Source: Myxococcales bacterium (GTDB lineage: Bacteria > Myxococcota_A > Polyangia > Polyangiales > DASUME01). From it: a DNA stretch of 64,000 bases. The notes beneath the pieces are model-generated. The model saw only the letters and a program-made list of their open reading frames with translations. It searched no databases and was not told the DNA's origin. The stretch is from NCBI GenBank assembly GCA_047601445.1, contig JASGJH010000001.1, positions 736,001-800,000 of the forward strand. The letters run 5' to 3'. Made by a program: the position numbers and the translations under genes. Each line of letters starts with the position of its first letter. The stretch's first letter is position 1. This document shows positions 30,186-40,444 of this stretch, in pieces.

Positions 30186-30258
30186 GGTGGAGACAAGCTG
30201 GGTCGGCCACGGGCATTGCGCAAGTCGTTGCCTCGCGGGGAGGTTACACGCGACCCGC

Positions 30259-31041
30259 TCAGGGCAGCGGCCGCAGGGTCCCCGAGACGACCGTGCGCAT
30301 GCCCTCGGGGGTGCGCAGGAGCAAGGCGCCTTCGGGCGAGACACCCGACACCACGCCCGCGAATTCATCGCAACGCGCACTCTCCCCGCGCAGCGCCAGC
30401 CGCTCCTCCAGCGCCCGCACCACCGGCGCCGCCCCGTAGGTGACGTAGCGGTCGACCCAGTGCTCCACGTGCTCCAGCAAGGTCGCCAACACCGAGGCGC
30501 GGTCGAGATCGTCCGCCAGGCTGCCCGCCAGGGCGAGCGAGGTGGGCTCGGTGTCGAGTCCAGTCGGGAAGGTCCGGCGGTTCACGTTGACGCCGATGCC
30601 GATCACCACGGGCTGCGTGCTCTGCCCGAAGGACACGCTCTCGATCAGGATGCCGGCGCACTTGCGGCGATCGATCCACACGTCGTTGGGCCACTTCACG
30701 GCGGCTCGTCGTCCCGTCGCGAGGAACACGTCGGCCGTCTCGGCGACCGCCAGGCCCACGGCCAAGGTGAGGGGAGGGAGCTGGCCCAACGTCAGCGGCA
30801 CGTGGGCGACGATGGACAGATAGAGGTCCTGCCCCGCGGGCGACACCCAGTAGCGTCCGCGCGAGCCTCGGCCCTTGGTCTGGGTTTCCGCCACGATGGT
30901 GTGGCCGTCCACGGCCCCCGCCAGGGCCGCGGCCCGCGCGTCGTCGTTGGTGGAGCCGGTCTCGCCGACCAGGGCCAGTGAGCGCCCGTAGCGGCTGCTC
31001 TTGAGTTGCTGATGAATGCGCTCCAGCGTGAGTTCGGCCAT
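30259..31041 (-). CDS. birA: Biotin--[acetyl-CoA carboxylase] ligase (no HTH)
   Basis: GSTND, QTKGRGSRGRYWVSP, KWPNDV, KCAGIL, GIGVNVN. Confidence 0.93.
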   Translation of the reverse strand: MAELTLERIHQQLKSSRYGRSLALVGETGSTNDDARAAALAGAVDGHTIVAETQTKGRGSRGRYWVSPAGQDLYLSIVAHVPLTLGQLPPLTLAVGLAVAETADVFLATGRRAAVKWPNDVWIDRRKCAGILIESVSFGQSTQPVVIGIGVNVNRRTFPTGLDTEPTSLALAGSLADDLDRASVLATLLEHVEHWVDRYVTYGAAPVVRALEERLALRGESARCDEFAGVVSGVSPEGALLLRTPEGMRTVVSGTLRPLP

Positions 31042-31043
31042 TC

Positions 31044-31940
31044 TCAGCCTCCGTCTCGTGGATGGCTTGCCTCGGACACCGCGTCACTCTCATCCCAGTC
31101 GAGGCCGATGTCCACCGAGGGCGCCGAATGCGTCAGCGCGCCCACGCTGATCACGTCCACCCCGTAGCTCGCGAGCCGTGCGATCCGCTCCAGCGTGATG
31201 CCCCCCGAGGCTTCGAGGATGGCGCGCCCGCTGCGCGCTCGGTTCAGCGCCACGGCGTCTTGCACCATGGCGTCGTCGAAGTTGTCGAGCAGCACGATGT
31301 CCGCGCCAGCGTCGAGGGCGACCGCGAGCTGTGCCATCGAATCCACTTCGCACTCAATGCGCGAGGTGTGCGGCGCGTGCTCACGGCAACGCGTGATGGC
31401 CTGGGCCACACCGCCTGCGGCGGCCACGTGGTTGTCCTTGATCAGCACGGCGGAGCTCAGGTCTTCGCGATGATTGTGGCCGCCACCTGCTCGCACCGCC
31501 TGGCGCTCCAGCGCGCGCAGCCCGGGTGTGGTCTTACGCGTGTCGGCAATGCGCGTGCGCGACCCGTCGGGCAGCGCTTTGACGTAGCGGCGGGTCAAGG
31601 TGGCGATGCCGCTCAAACGCTGGATGAAGTTCAGCGCCACGCGCTCGCCCTTGAGCAGCGACGCCGCGGGGCCCGTGACGAACGCGATGGCCTGGCCCTT
31701 CTCGAGGGCCGTTCCGTCGGGCACCAGCTCGCTCACCACCACGCTCGGGTCGAGCTGGGCGAACACCTCGCGAATGATCTCGCCGCCGCTCACGACCAGG
31801 GGGCAGCGCGCCCGAAAGACGCAGCGACCGAGCACGTCGGCTGGCACGCAGGATTCCGTGGTGATGTCACCGCGCCCCACGTCCTCTTCCAGGGCGAGCG
31901 CCACGACACGGGCAAGATGAATCGGGGACTTCAGGTTCAC
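31044..31940 (-). CDS. nadC: Nicotinate-nucleotide pyrophosphorylase (quinolinate PRTase)
   Basis: EDVGRGDITT, ERVALNF, DTRKTTPGLR, LIKDNH, LLDNF, EASGGIT, ISVGALTHS; GTG start overlaps upstream stop. Confidence 0.95.
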   Translation of the reverse strand: MNLKSPIHLARVVALALEEDVGRGDITTESCVPADVLGRCVFRARCPLVVSGGEIIREVFAQLDPSVVVSELVPDGTALEKGQAIAFVTGPAASLLKGERVALNFIQRLSGIATLTRRYVKALPDGSRTRIADTRKTTPGLRALERQAVRAGGGHNHREDLSSAVLIKDNHVAAAGGVAQAITRCREHAPHTSRIECEVDSMAQLAVALDAGADIVLLDNFDDAMVQDAVALNRARSGRAILEASGGITLERIARLASYGVDVISVGALTHSAPSVDIGLDWDESDAVSEASHPRDGG

Positions 31941-32596
31941 TTCCACTTCTCCACGGGGTATCCGCGCCAACGCGCGACCATCAACAAGCGCGGATCGGGG
32001 TTCACGATCCGCGGCGAGCCCACCCGCTCGAGCATAGGAAGGTCGCTGATGCTGTCGGTATAAAAGGTACTCTGGCTCAGGTCGACTCCGTGCCGCTGGG
32101 CCCACGCCACGGCATGGGTAACCTTGCCGGCACCGTAACAGAGTGGGGGCTCCCAACCCCCGGTAAAGGCGCCATCCCGGACCTCCAGGCGCGTGCAGAT
32201 GAGATGCTCGATGCCGAGCTCTTCCGCGAGGGGCTCGGTGATGTAGGGCGTGGACGCGCTCAGGATGGCGCAGGTGATGCCCGCGGCGAGACAACGCTCG
32301 ACCTCGCGCCGGCCGCGATCGCTGATGTGCTTACGGACCGCCCGCCCATACCACTCGCGGCACTCGTTGCGCAGGGTGGCCTCGCACTGGCCGGCGATGC
32401 TCGCAAACGCCTCGCGGGCGGCGCTCTCCGGGTCCAGCGTGCCCAGCTTGTACTCGAACAGGGTCTTGCTGAGACGCAGGTAGTCGAAGACTCCCACCTC
32501 TTGCCGCCGCATCCGCCACCTGGCGTACAGGCGAGCGGTGTTTACGGAGACCAGGGTCTTATCCACGTCGAACAGCGCCGCTCTCTTCACAACCAT
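31937..32596 (-). CDS. HAD-IB family phosphatase
   Basis: AALFDVDKTL, ILSAS, CYGAGKV, FYTDSISDLPML, VNPDPRL. Confidence 0.9.
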   Translation of the reverse strand: MVVKRAALFDVDKTLVSVNTARLYARWRMRRQEVGVFDYLRLSKTLFEYKLGTLDPESAAREAFASIAGQCEATLRNECREWYGRAVRKHISDRGRREVERCLAAGITCAILSASTPYITEPLAEELGIEHLICTRLEVRDGAFTGGWEPPLCYGAGKVTHAVAWAQRHGVDLSQSTFYTDSISDLPMLERVGSPRIVNPDPRLLMVARWRGYPVEKWK

Positions 32597-33336
32597 CCCC
32601 GCGTCAGCAGCTCGGACAGCCCATTGCTCAGGGCATGAAACCAAATCGCCGCTCCGATACCACCGCGGCGCGCCCGGATGTAGCCGAACAAGAGCCCCGG
32701 GAAGAACACCGCGAGCCGCGCCGGCGAGAACCCCACGATGAAGTGCAATACGGCGAACAAGGCCGCCTGGCCGATCCACGCGGGCCAGGAGAGCGGCGTG
32801 CCCCACAGTGAGCCCTTGGGGGGGAACAGGTCGGCCAGGCGAGTTTGGAAGTAGCCACGGAAAAGCGCTTCCTCGGGCAGGGCGACCACCAGCAGTTGAC
32901 CCAGCACGAAGTCGAGCGGCTCCGCCGGTGGCTGGAAAGTGAAGGGCTGGTGCACCCGGTGGTAGAGCGCGAAGGCCAAGACAAAGGGCGGAAACACCAG
33001 GGCGGCCAGCTTGAGCGCGAACCCGAGCTCACGCGCCATGGAGGGGAGGCCAGCGCGGAGGGCGGCGAACAGCCCCGGGTCCCGCTCGTCCTGGCGTGGC
33101 TCGAGCACCCCGTCGAGGTCGATGCCGTAGTGCGCTGCACCACGCGGATCGCGGCGGGCGCGCGCCAGGGCGCCGAACAGGAAGGTCGCCGAGAGCAGCA
33201 AGGTCCCGATGGAATCGGCGTGCCCGCTCGGTGTGTGGGTAATCACCCACGTGACCAAGGTGACGGCCAGGTAGGAGATCCCCAGCTCCCTCGCGATGGC
33301 TCCTCTCGACTCAGTGTAAGGCGCTGCCTTGACCAT
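32587..33336 (-). CDS. CPBP (CAAX type II) intramembrane glutamic protease, myxosortase-like
   Basis: VVALPEEALFRGYFQ, LFAVLH, RLAVFFPGLLFG...FHALSN; start uncertain. Confidence 0.8.
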   Translation of the reverse strand: MVKAAPYTESRGAIARELGISYLAVTLVTWVITHTPSGHADSIGTLLLSATFLFGALARARRDPRGAAHYGIDLDGVLEPRQDERDPGLFAALRAGLPSMARELGFALKLAALVFPPFVLAFALYHRVHQPFTFQPPAEPLDFVLGQLLVVALPEEALFRGYFQTRLADLFPPKGSLWGTPLSWPAWIGQAALFAVLHFIVGFSPARLAVFFPGLLFGYIRARRGGIGAAIWFHALSNGLSELLTRGWL

Positions 33337-33370
33337 GCAGGGCGATCTCTCTACATCGTGTGGCTTGACG

Positions 33371-35236
33371 ATGCTCGCCGAAGGGAAAATCGACGAGATC
33401 CGTGGGAGCGTGGACCTGGTCGCGCTCATCAACGAATACGTGCCCCTGCGGCGCCAAGGAGCGCGCTTCGTGGGGCTGTGTCCCTTTCATCAGGAGAAGA
33501 CTCCTTCGTTCGGCGTCTCGCGCGGCAAGGACTTCTACTACTGCTTCGGTTGCCAGGCCACGGGCGACGCCTTCACGTTCCTGCGTCACGTGGAGGGGCT
33601 CAGCTTCGTGGAGGCGGCCCAAAAGCTGGCCGAGCGTGCCGGCATCGAGCTGCCGAAGGCCGACGATCCAGGGCAGGCCGCCATGCAGCGCGTGCGCGCC
33701 CAGCGCGAGCGGTTGGCCGAGGTCATGCTCGCGGCGCAGACCTTCTTCGAGGCCGAGCTCTCGCGGCACCCCCACGCTGAGGCCGCGCGCGCTCAGATCC
33801 AGAAGCGCGGCATCCGGCCCGAGATCGCGGAGCGCTTTCATCTGGGTTACGCGCCGTCGGGCTGGGACGGCCTCGCCCAGCACCTGACCCAGCTCCGCAT
33901 CGACCTGCGCGACGCCACCGACGTGGGCCTGATCGCCCCGCGTCGCCAGGGCAGCGGCTACTACGATCGCTTTCGCCATCGCCTGATGTTCCCGGTGGCC
34001 GACCAGCACGGTCGCATCATCGCCTTCAGCGGGCGCATGCTCGAGCCGCCGCCGGGGGCACCGCCCGACAACGCGCCGCCCGCCAAGTACATCAACAGCC
34101 CCGAGGGGCCGCTGTACAAGAAGGGCCAGGTCCTGTTCGGCCTCGAGACCGCTCGCGTGGCCATGCGCAAGCACAACCAGGTGATCCTGTGCGAGGGCAA
34201 CTTCGACCTGCTCGGCATCTATCAGGCCGGCTTCGAGCACGTGTTGGCGCCGCTCGGCACCGCATTCACGCTGGAGCAAGCGCGCTTGATTCGCCGCTTC
34301 GCCGAGGAGGTCGTGGTGGTGTTCGACGGCGACGGCGCGGGTCGCAAGGCGACGCGGGCGGCCTACGATCTGCTCGAGGGGGCGGGGCTGCGCGGCAAAG
34401 TGGTGGTGCTCCCACCGGGGCACGATCCGGACACCTTCTTGCGTGAGCACGGGGTCGAGCGCTTTCATGCCGCAGTGCAGCATGCCGTTCCGATGGTCGA
34501 CTTCCTCATCGACGCTGCCGCCAACCAGCCCCAGGACGTCGACGCGGCCACGCGCTCCCAGGCCATCCGAAGTCTCGGTCCGGTGCTCGCGAAGCTGCCG
34601 CCGGCCGAGCTCCACCTGCGCCTGGAGCGCGTCGCCCAGCGCTTCGAGATCCGCGATCTCAACGTGATCAGGCACGAACTTAGGCTCGGCGTGCTGGCTT
34701 CGCGCAAGGCCACCGAAGGCCGCTCCGGGGAGGCCCGACGCGCACCCAACAGCACCGCACCGCAGGCGCCCAATCAGCCGGTGTCCGCGCCTGTCGCACC
34801 CCCGCGCAGAATCACCGACTTACCCGAGCGACAGTGCCAGGTACTCGGAGCGATGCTCGACTGCCCCGCGTTGTTCCGGAAACAGGAAGCGCATCAATTG
34901 GCCGAGCTTTTGACGGATTCCGATCTTCGGGCCATCTTTCTGGTCACAGCGCGAATGGTCGAGGAGCGAGGGGACGTAGACGCGCGGTCGCTGCTCGAAC
35001 ATCTGGCGCAGAACCCGGCGCGGACATGGTTGGCAAAACGTCTATCGAGTACCCCTGAACTCGATGCAGAGCGCGCAGAGCAAGTGTGGATTAAGGGACT
35101 GCCTTTACTTGATCGCGATCGAAGGGATGAGCAGCGCGCAAGGCTCAAACGAGAAATCCAGATCGCACTTCAGAGTGGTGACACACAACGCGCGCAGGAA
35201 CTGACGCGCCAACGAGATGAGCTGGCCAAGTCGTGA
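33371..35236 (+). CDS. dnaG: DNA primase
   Basis: [13 protein letters not shown]...CFGC zinc finger, [31 protein letters not shown]. Confidence 0.96.
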   Translation: MLAEGKIDEIRGSVDLVALINEYVPLRRQGARFVGLCPFHQEKTPSFGVSRGKDFYYCFGCQATGDAFTFLRHVEGLSFVEAAQKLAERAGIELPKADDPGQAAMQRVRAQRERLAEVMLAAQTFFEAELSRHPHAEAARAQIQKRGIRPEIAERFHLGYAPSGWDGLAQHLTQLRIDLRDATDVGLIAPRRQGSGYYDRFRHRLMFPVADQHGRIIAFSGRMLEPPPGAPPDNAPPAKYINSPEGPLYKKGQVLFGLETARVAMRKHNQVILCEGNFDLLGIYQAGFEHVLAPLGTAFTLEQARLIRRFAEEVVVVFDGDGAGRKATRAAYDLLEGAGLRGKVVVLPPGHDPDTFLREHGVERFHAAVQHAVPMVDFLIDAAANQPQDVDAATRSQAIRSLGPVLAKLPPAELHLRLERVAQRFEIRDLNVIRHELRLGVLASRKATEGRSGEARRAPNSTAPQAPNQPVSAPVAPPRRITDLPERQCQVLGAMLDCPALFRKQEAHQLAELLTDSDLRAIFLVTARMVEERGDVDARSLLEHLAQNPARTWLAKRLSSTPELDAERAEQVWIKGLPLLDRDRRDEQRARLKREIQIALQSGDTQRAQELTRQRDELAKS

Positions 35237-35259
35237 GAACGAGTGGCCGAGAGGTGAGC

Positions 35260-37584
35260 ATGGCGGAGAACGAAGAGCGCACCGGACGCAAAGAAAAGTC
35301 GAAGACGGGCAAGAGCAAAGCTTCGGCCAAGGCGTCCGCCTCAGGGCATCGGTCCTCGATGCGCCCGCCGGCACCGACCAAGAGCGTTCCGCCCGCAAAG
35401 GGCGCCGCGAAGAGCAAGGCTCCCCCGGCTCCCGCCAAGGCGGCCACCGGCACCAAGGCTGCCAAGGGCAAGGCCACCGCCAAGGCCAAAGCTGCTGCGC
35501 CGGCGAAGCCTGCGAAGAAGGCCAAGGCGGCCGCGCGCGAGGTCGACGAGGACGACGACGACGAGGGTGACGACTTCGACTCCGACTTCCCCGAAGTGGA
35601 AGACTCCGACTCCGAGGGCGACTCGGAGCGCGAAGAGGCCGAGTTCGACGCGGACGAGTCCGAGAGCGACGCGCCGCCGCCTCCCACCGCGAGCAAGAAC
35701 AAGAAGAAGATGAAGGACCGCCCCGAGGTCCTGAAGCTGATCGCCAAGGGCAAGGAGAAGGGCTTCGTCACCTACGACGATGTCAACGACTCACTACCCG
35801 ACGACATGTCCTCCGCCGACGACATCGACGACCTGATGTCCACGCTGGCCGAGCAAAAGATCTCGGTGGTTGACGCGAGTGCCCCGATGGCGCCCGTGCA
35901 GATCACCACCAAGGCCGCGAAGCCGCGCTCGGCCGCCGCAGAGGAGCGCAAGGCCAAGGCCTTCCGTCGCGCCACCACGCTCTCCGATCGTCCCCCGGTC
36001 GATGAGGACAAGCTGTCCTCCATTGCGCCTCCGCCCTTCGTAGAGCGCGCGCCGACCAGCAGCGGCGGCGGCGACGACAGCTACTCCGGCAAGTCCAACG
36101 ACCCCGTCCGCATGTACCTGCGCAAGATGGGCTCGGTCTCGTTGCTCACCCGCGAGGGCGAGGTCGAGATCGCCAAGCGCATCGAGGACGGCGAGCTCAA
36201 GGTCTTCGAGGTCATCCTCAAGAGCAAGGTGGGTCTCGAGGAGATCCTCGAGCTCGGCGAGAAGCTCAAGAAGGGCAAGATTCGCGTCAAGGACGTCGTC
36301 AAGGACGGTGACGTCGAAGAGGGCCAGGAGTTCGACGAGGTCGAGGTCACCAAGCGCGTGATCCGCTTGCTCGACAAGGTACGCCGCGTCGAGGGCCACA
36401 ATCAGAAGGTCCGCGAGGAGCTCGAGCAGGGCAAGAAGCTCACCGAGAAGCAGAAGAAGACCCTTCGCGCCACGCTCGACAAGAACCGGCTCGAGCTGCT
36501 GGATACCCTGCGCGAGGTGCGCTTCGCCAAGAAGCAGGTCGACGCCATCGTCGGCAAGCTCAAGAGCTACGTCCGTCGCATCGACGAGTCCGAAGCCGCC
36601 ATCCGCGATGCCGAGGAACGCACGGGCCAGATCCCGGTCGCCCAGATGCCCAAGTGGGTGCAGGAGATCGAGCTCAACCCCACGCTCGAGAAGAAGCTCG
36701 AGAAAAAGCACGGCATCAACCTCGAGGCGCTGCAGGTTCAGCTCCAGCGCTGCGAGGAGTCGCGCGCCGACATCATCAAGGTCGAAGAGGAGATGGGCCA
36801 GTCGGTCCAGAAGCTTCGCGAGACCTACAAGGAGCTTCACGAGGGCGAGCGTTCTGCGGAGCGCGCGAAGGCCGAGCTCGTCGAGGCCAACCTGCGCCTC
36901 GTGGTGTCCATCGCGAAGAAGTACACCAACCGCGGCCTGCAGTTCCTGGATCTGATCCAGGAGGGCAACATCGGCTTGATGAAGGCGGTCGACAAGTTCG
37001 AGTACCGCCGTGGCTACAAGTTCTCCACCTACGCAACGTGGTGGATTCGCCAGGCCATCACGCGTGCCATCGCCGACCAGGCGCGCACCATCCGCATCCC
37101 CGTGCACATGATCGAGACCATCAACAAGCTGGTGCGCACGTCGCGCTACTTGGTGCAGGAGCTCGGCCGGGAGCCGTCGCCCGAGGAGATCGCCGAGCGC
37201 ATGGAGATGCCGCTCGACAAGGTCCGCAAGGTCCTCAAGATCGCCAAGGAACCCATCTCGCTGGAGACACCCATCGGCGAGGAGGAAGACAGCCATCTTG
37301 GCGACTTCATCGAGGACAAGTCGGTGTCGTCCCCGGTGGAAGTGGTCATCTCGAATAACCTCGAGGACAGCACGCGTCGGGTCCTCAAGACGCTCACGCC
37401 GCGCGAGGAGAAGGTGCTCCGCATGCGCTTCGGCATCGGCGAGAAGAGCGACCACACCCTCGAAGAGGTTGGCCAGGACTTCGAGGTCACGCGCGAACGC
37501 ATTCGCCAGATCGAAGCCAAGGCTCTGCGGAAGCTTCGGCACCCCAGCCGGAGCAAGCAGCTGAAGTCCTTCATCGAAACCTGA
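35260..37584 (+). CDS. rpoD: Primary sigma factor sigma70 with long basic/acidic N-terminal extension
   Basis: [71 protein letters not shown]. Confidence 0.97.
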   Translation: MAENEERTGRKEKSKTGKSKASAKASASGHRSSMRPPAPTKSVPPAKGAAKSKAPPAPAKAATGTKAAKGKATAKAKAAAPAKPAKKAKAAAREVDEDDDDEGDDFDSDFPEVEDSDSEGDSEREEAEFDADESESDAPPPPTASKNKKKMKDRPEVLKLIAKGKEKGFVTYDDVNDSLPDDMSSADDIDDLMSTLAEQKISVVDASAPMAPVQITTKAAKPRSAAAEERKAKAFRRATTLSDRPPVDEDKLSSIAPPPFVERAPTSSGGGDDSYSGKSNDPVRMYLRKMGSVSLLTREGEVEIAKRIEDGELKVFEVILKSKVGLEEILELGEKLKKGKIRVKDVVKDGDVEEGQEFDEVEVTKRVIRLLDKVRRVEGHNQKVREELEQGKKLTEKQKKTLRATLDKNRLELLDTLREVRFAKKQVDAIVGKLKSYVRRIDESEAAIRDAEERTGQIPVAQMPKWVQEIELNPTLEKKLEKKHGINLEALQVQLQRCEESRADIIKVEEEMGQSVQKLRETYKELHEGERSAERAKAELVEANLRLVVSIAKKYTNRGLQFLDLIQEGNIGLMKAVDKFEYRRGYKFSTYATWWIRQAITRAIADQARTIRIPVHMIETINKLVRTSRYLVQELGREPSPEEIAERMEMPLDKVRKVLKIAKEPISLETPIGEEEDSHLGDFIEDKSVSSPVEVVISNNLEDSTRRVLKTLTPREEKVLRMRFGIGEKSDHTLEEVGQDFEVTRERIRQIEAKALRKLRHPSRSKQLKSFIET

Positions 37585-37628
37585 GCTGGCCTAGCGCGGC
37601 CCGTCGGGCCGCCCGCGCGCCTACCGCC

Positions 37629-37659
37629 AAGCCCAGCCCCCCACCGAGGAGCTGGGCTT
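37629..37659 (+). terminator. Hairpin after rpoD
   Basis: AAGCCCAGC...GCTGGGCTT; weak U-tract. Confidence 0.4.
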
Positions 37660-37757
37660 CGCTGCTTTGGGTCCCAGAAAGCCCTCGGAGCTGTTCTGCG
37701 CGCCCTAGGCGCCGATACCTCGGCGCAAGCGAGTGAGGCACCCAGTTCAACATGGCA

Positions 37758-37893
37758 GGCGTTTGCCGGCGTCCGGGGCGGTCGAGTCGCGAGCGCGCCC
37801 GCAGGTGCCGACTGATGCGTACTTCCTGTATGCCGCAGGGGGGCGCAGAGGACGTAAGCCGCGAATCGGCCGCCCCGGGCGCCTGCAAACGCC
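37758..37893. repeat. 136-nt palindromic element (34-nt imperfect inverted arms) abutting tRNA 3' end
   Basis: 37758..37791 vs reverse complement of 37860..37893 match 30/34; inner hairpin GCGTAC-TTCCT-GTATGC. Confidence 0.75.
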
Positions 37894-37898
37894 CACCA

Positions 37899-37974
37899 TG
37901 GTGGGCCCACCGGGACTTGAACCCAGAACGTTCCCGTTATGAGCGGGGGGCTCTAACCATTGAGCTATGGGCCC
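37899..37974 (-). tRNA. tRNA with CAT anticodon, most likely tRNA-Ile2 (lysidine)
   Basis: GGGCCCA-TAGCTCAATGGTTAGAGC-C-CCCCG-CTCATAA-CGGGA...TTCAAGT...TGGGCCC-A-CCA; paired G1-C72 (not initiator), C4-G69/C5-G68 as in TilS substrates. Confidence 0.9.
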
Positions 37975-38114
37975 GGGACCGAGCCGTCACCGGCTCGGCC
38001 TCCGGGTGTTTCTAGCACGCAAAATCACGCTGTCCGCATGTCGGCTTCTTGCGCTTATGACAGTTCGGCGGTACGCACGCGCCAACCGGGCCGTTGTGCC
38101 CACGAGGAGGCTGC

Positions 38115-38879
38115 GTGAGCGTACGGGAACAGCTGGTGGCACTCGCCAAGCTCGGACGCATCGATGCGTCCACCCACGAGTTCGATCAGGAACTCAAGCA
38201 AATCCCGAAAGAAGTCGACCAACTGCGGGAGAGCGTCTCGCTCCTCGAGGGGCTGCTGGCCAAGGAGCGTCGGGAGCTCGAAGAGGCCCAGCGGCTGTGC
38301 GAACAGCAGGACAGCGGGGTCAAGGAGGCAGCCGATGGCATCGCGCGGGCCAAGGCCAAGAGCGCCAAGGCCAAGAACGCCCGCGAGGCGGAGGCGGTCG
38401 AGCGTGAGCTCGAAGTGCTGCGGCGCACACAAAAGGAGCGCGAGGTCGAGCGCGACCGCCTGAACGCGGCCATCGCGCAGGTCAAGGGCTCCCTGGACCA
38501 GCACCAGACCGAGTTCACGGGGCTGAAGGAGCATCTGGCGCAGAAGGACGCCGAAGCTCAGGTCCGCATCGCCGAACTCGAGGCCAAGCGCCAGGTCGCA
38601 CTCCACGGCCGCGACGAACTGGCCAGCTTGGTGCCGCGCGACGTGTTGCCTCGCTACGACGCCCTACGTCACCGCAGGGGCAGCGGCGTAGCCGAGGTAC
38701 GCGACGGTATTTGTCAGGGCTGCCGTATGTCGGTGCGCCCGATGCAATACATCGTGATTCAGCGCGAGGAAGGCATCGAGCGCTGCGCCCACTGTCAGCG
38801 TTACCTGTACTGGGGGCGCTGGCTGGCGGAGGACAACAAGGTCCTCGACGCAGGCGAGCAGGGCGAGCCCAAGGAGTGA
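38115..38879 (+). CDS. Coiled-coil protein with C4 zinc ribbon (DUF164/CT398-like)
   Basis: Long coiled coil, then CQGCRM...CAHCQRYLY; GAGGAGG RBS before GTG. Confidence 0.9.
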   Translation: MSVREQLVALAKLGRIDASTHEFDQELKQIPKEVDQLRESVSLLEGLLAKERRELEEAQRLCEQQDSGVKEAADGIARAKAKSAKAKNAREAEAVERELEVLRRTQKEREVERDRLNAAIAQVKGSLDQHQTEFTGLKEHLAQKDAEAQVRIAELEAKRQVALHGRDELASLVPRDVLPRYDALRHRRGSGVAEVRDGICQGCRMSVRPMQYIVIQREEGIERCAHCQRYLYWGRWLAEDNKVLDAGEQGEPKE

Positions 38880-38981
38880 ACCGCGCGGCCCAAGGCCGCG
38901 CGAGCTCCATGCCGAGCACTCGAATCGTCGTGGTCGCGACGTTCCGGTGCCCGCCAAGCGGCGATGACGGGCGCTCGGGTC

Positions 38982-40370
38982 TCACCGACGGGCGCGACGC
39001 GCCGACGCCCTGCGCGCGGCCATCGCGAGCGCGACGAGCGCCAGGAGCCACCACCCGCGTGCCCGGGGTGACCGGCTGAGCAGGGCGCTGCAACCGGAGT
39101 CCTTGGAGGACTTGGGGGTCGTTCCGGTGCCCCCGTCGCAGGCCGATTCCTGGCACGGATCGATGGGCTGGAGGTCGTCGCCGTCTCCGCCGCCGGTCCC
39201 AGCGTCGCTCTGAGAGCCCGGCGTCAGCGTGCAGTCACTCCAGCATGCGTCACCGTCGACCTGATTGGCATCGTCACAGGCTTCCTTGCCGGCGTTGTTC
39301 ACCATGCCGTCGCCGCAGAACTCCAGCTCGCAGCTCGCGGCGCAGCCGTCGCCCGCCACCACGTTTCCGTCGTCGCATTCCTCGCCGGTCTGCGTGGTGC
39401 CGTCACCGCAGTCCTTGAGCGTGCAGGCGCTGCTGCAAGCGTCGCTCTCGTCGGTGTTTCCGTCGTCGCATTGCTCTCCGCTGCTCACGATGCTGTCGCC
39501 GCATACCGGCGCGCTGCAGTCGTTCTTGCACGCGTCGACGTTGACCGCGTTCCCGTCGTCGCAGGCCTCGCCCGTGGACTTGACCCCGTCGCCGCACTCG
39601 GGAGCGCTGCAGTCGTTCTTGCATGCGTCCGTGTTCAGGCTGTTTCCGTCGTCGCATTCCTCGTTCGCTGCGGTCGCGGCGTCGCCGCAATAGGCAGCCG
39701 AACAGTCGGCCTTGCAACCCGCGTCGTCGTCGCAGGCCTCGAGCCCCTCCACCACGTCGTTGCCGCAGGTGGACGTCGGGATGGTTCCGGTCGTGCCCGC
39801 GTTGTTGCGCGGGGTGGGCGTCCCGGCCTGAAAGTCGGTGGCGCTGTCGTCGGTGTCGTCGCCCGCCTCGAGCAGGCCGTTGCCCTTGAGGTTGCGTTGG
39901 AGTGCCTTACCCGCAGGGATTCCCGAGGCAGGTAGCGCGGGCTTGCCGACGCCCGTCGCGCTGCCGGTGTAGTTGCCCCAGGCGACGCAGTCGATGCTCT
40001 CGAAGCAGACCTTGCCGCCGGCTGCGCTGATCGGGGCTGTGAGTACCAGGTCCGGGGTCACGTTGAAGAGCGTCTGCGCGTCCGCGGTGGCCAGGAGCAC
40101 CGTGGCCTGGTTGGCACCGGAGCCCACGTTGCCCGGGAATTTCGCCGTCAGCACCGACACGCCCGCCGCGTCGAACACCTGCACGGTGTGCTGGCTGAGG
40201 ACGTTTTGGCCCATCGCGTACATCTGAAGCTCGATGTACGAGGCGTTGGGCTTGAGCGCGGTGCCAGCGAAGACCTCGCTGATGCTCATCAAGTGGTGAT
40301 TCGCGTGGGCCGACTGGGCGTGTGCGAGCGCGCCGGCACCGACAAGCAGGGACAGGATTGCGCGTTTCAA
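38982..40370 (-). CDS. Surface protein: lamin-tail-like domain, six myxobacterial Cys-rich repeats (DUF4215-type), MYXO-CTERM-like tail
   Basis: AGGAG RBS + TTG; signal AHA-N; ISEV...YIEL; repeats CGDG.....EECDDGN....D.C...C; ends SGCS...GWWLLALVALAMAARRASARRARR. Confidence 0.85.
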   Translation of the reverse strand: MKRAILSLLVGAGALAHAQSAHANHHLMSISEVFAGTALKPNASYIELQMYAMGQNVLSQHTVQVFDAAGVSVLTAKFPGNVGSGANQATVLLATADAQTLFNVTPDLVLTAPISAAGGKVCFESIDCVAWGNYTGSATGVGKPALPASGIPAGKALQRNLKGNGLLEAGDDTDDSATDFQAGTPTPRNNAGTTGTIPTSTCGNDVVEGLEACDDDAGCKADCSAAYCGDAATAANEECDDGNSLNTDACKNDCSAPECGDGVKSTGEACDDGNAVNVDACKNDCSAPVCGDSIVSSGEQCDDGNTDESDACSSACTLKDCGDGTTQTGEECDDGNVVAGDGCAASCELEFCGDGMVNNAGKEACDDANQVDGDACWSDCTLTPGSQSDAGTGGGDGDDLQPIDPCQESACDGGTGTTPKSSKDSGCSALLSRSPRARGWWLLALVALAMAARRASARRARR

Positions 40371-40389
40371 GGGAGCTCCTCGGTTCTTT

Positions 40390-40417
40390 GCTCGCGCGCC
40401 CGAGGGCGCGCTTCGAC
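40390..40417 (+). repeat. 28-nt palindromic REP-like element, copy 2 (intergenic)
   Basis: Identical to 20373..20400. Confidence 0.8.
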
Positions 40418-40444
40418 CAGAGCCCGCCGGCGCAGAGGTCCCCC

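Noticed and set aside
31941..32294. N-terminal extensions of nadC, ygfZ, dsbD, tamA and the 38982 gene in the ORF track
   Set aside because: Upstream in-frame codons overlap neighbours or repeats; later starts fit RBS, coupling and family N-termini better
37585..38980. RNase P RNA near rpoD/zinc-ribbon gene
   Set aside because: No GAGGAAAGTCC-type signature seen on either strand in the intergenic spaces
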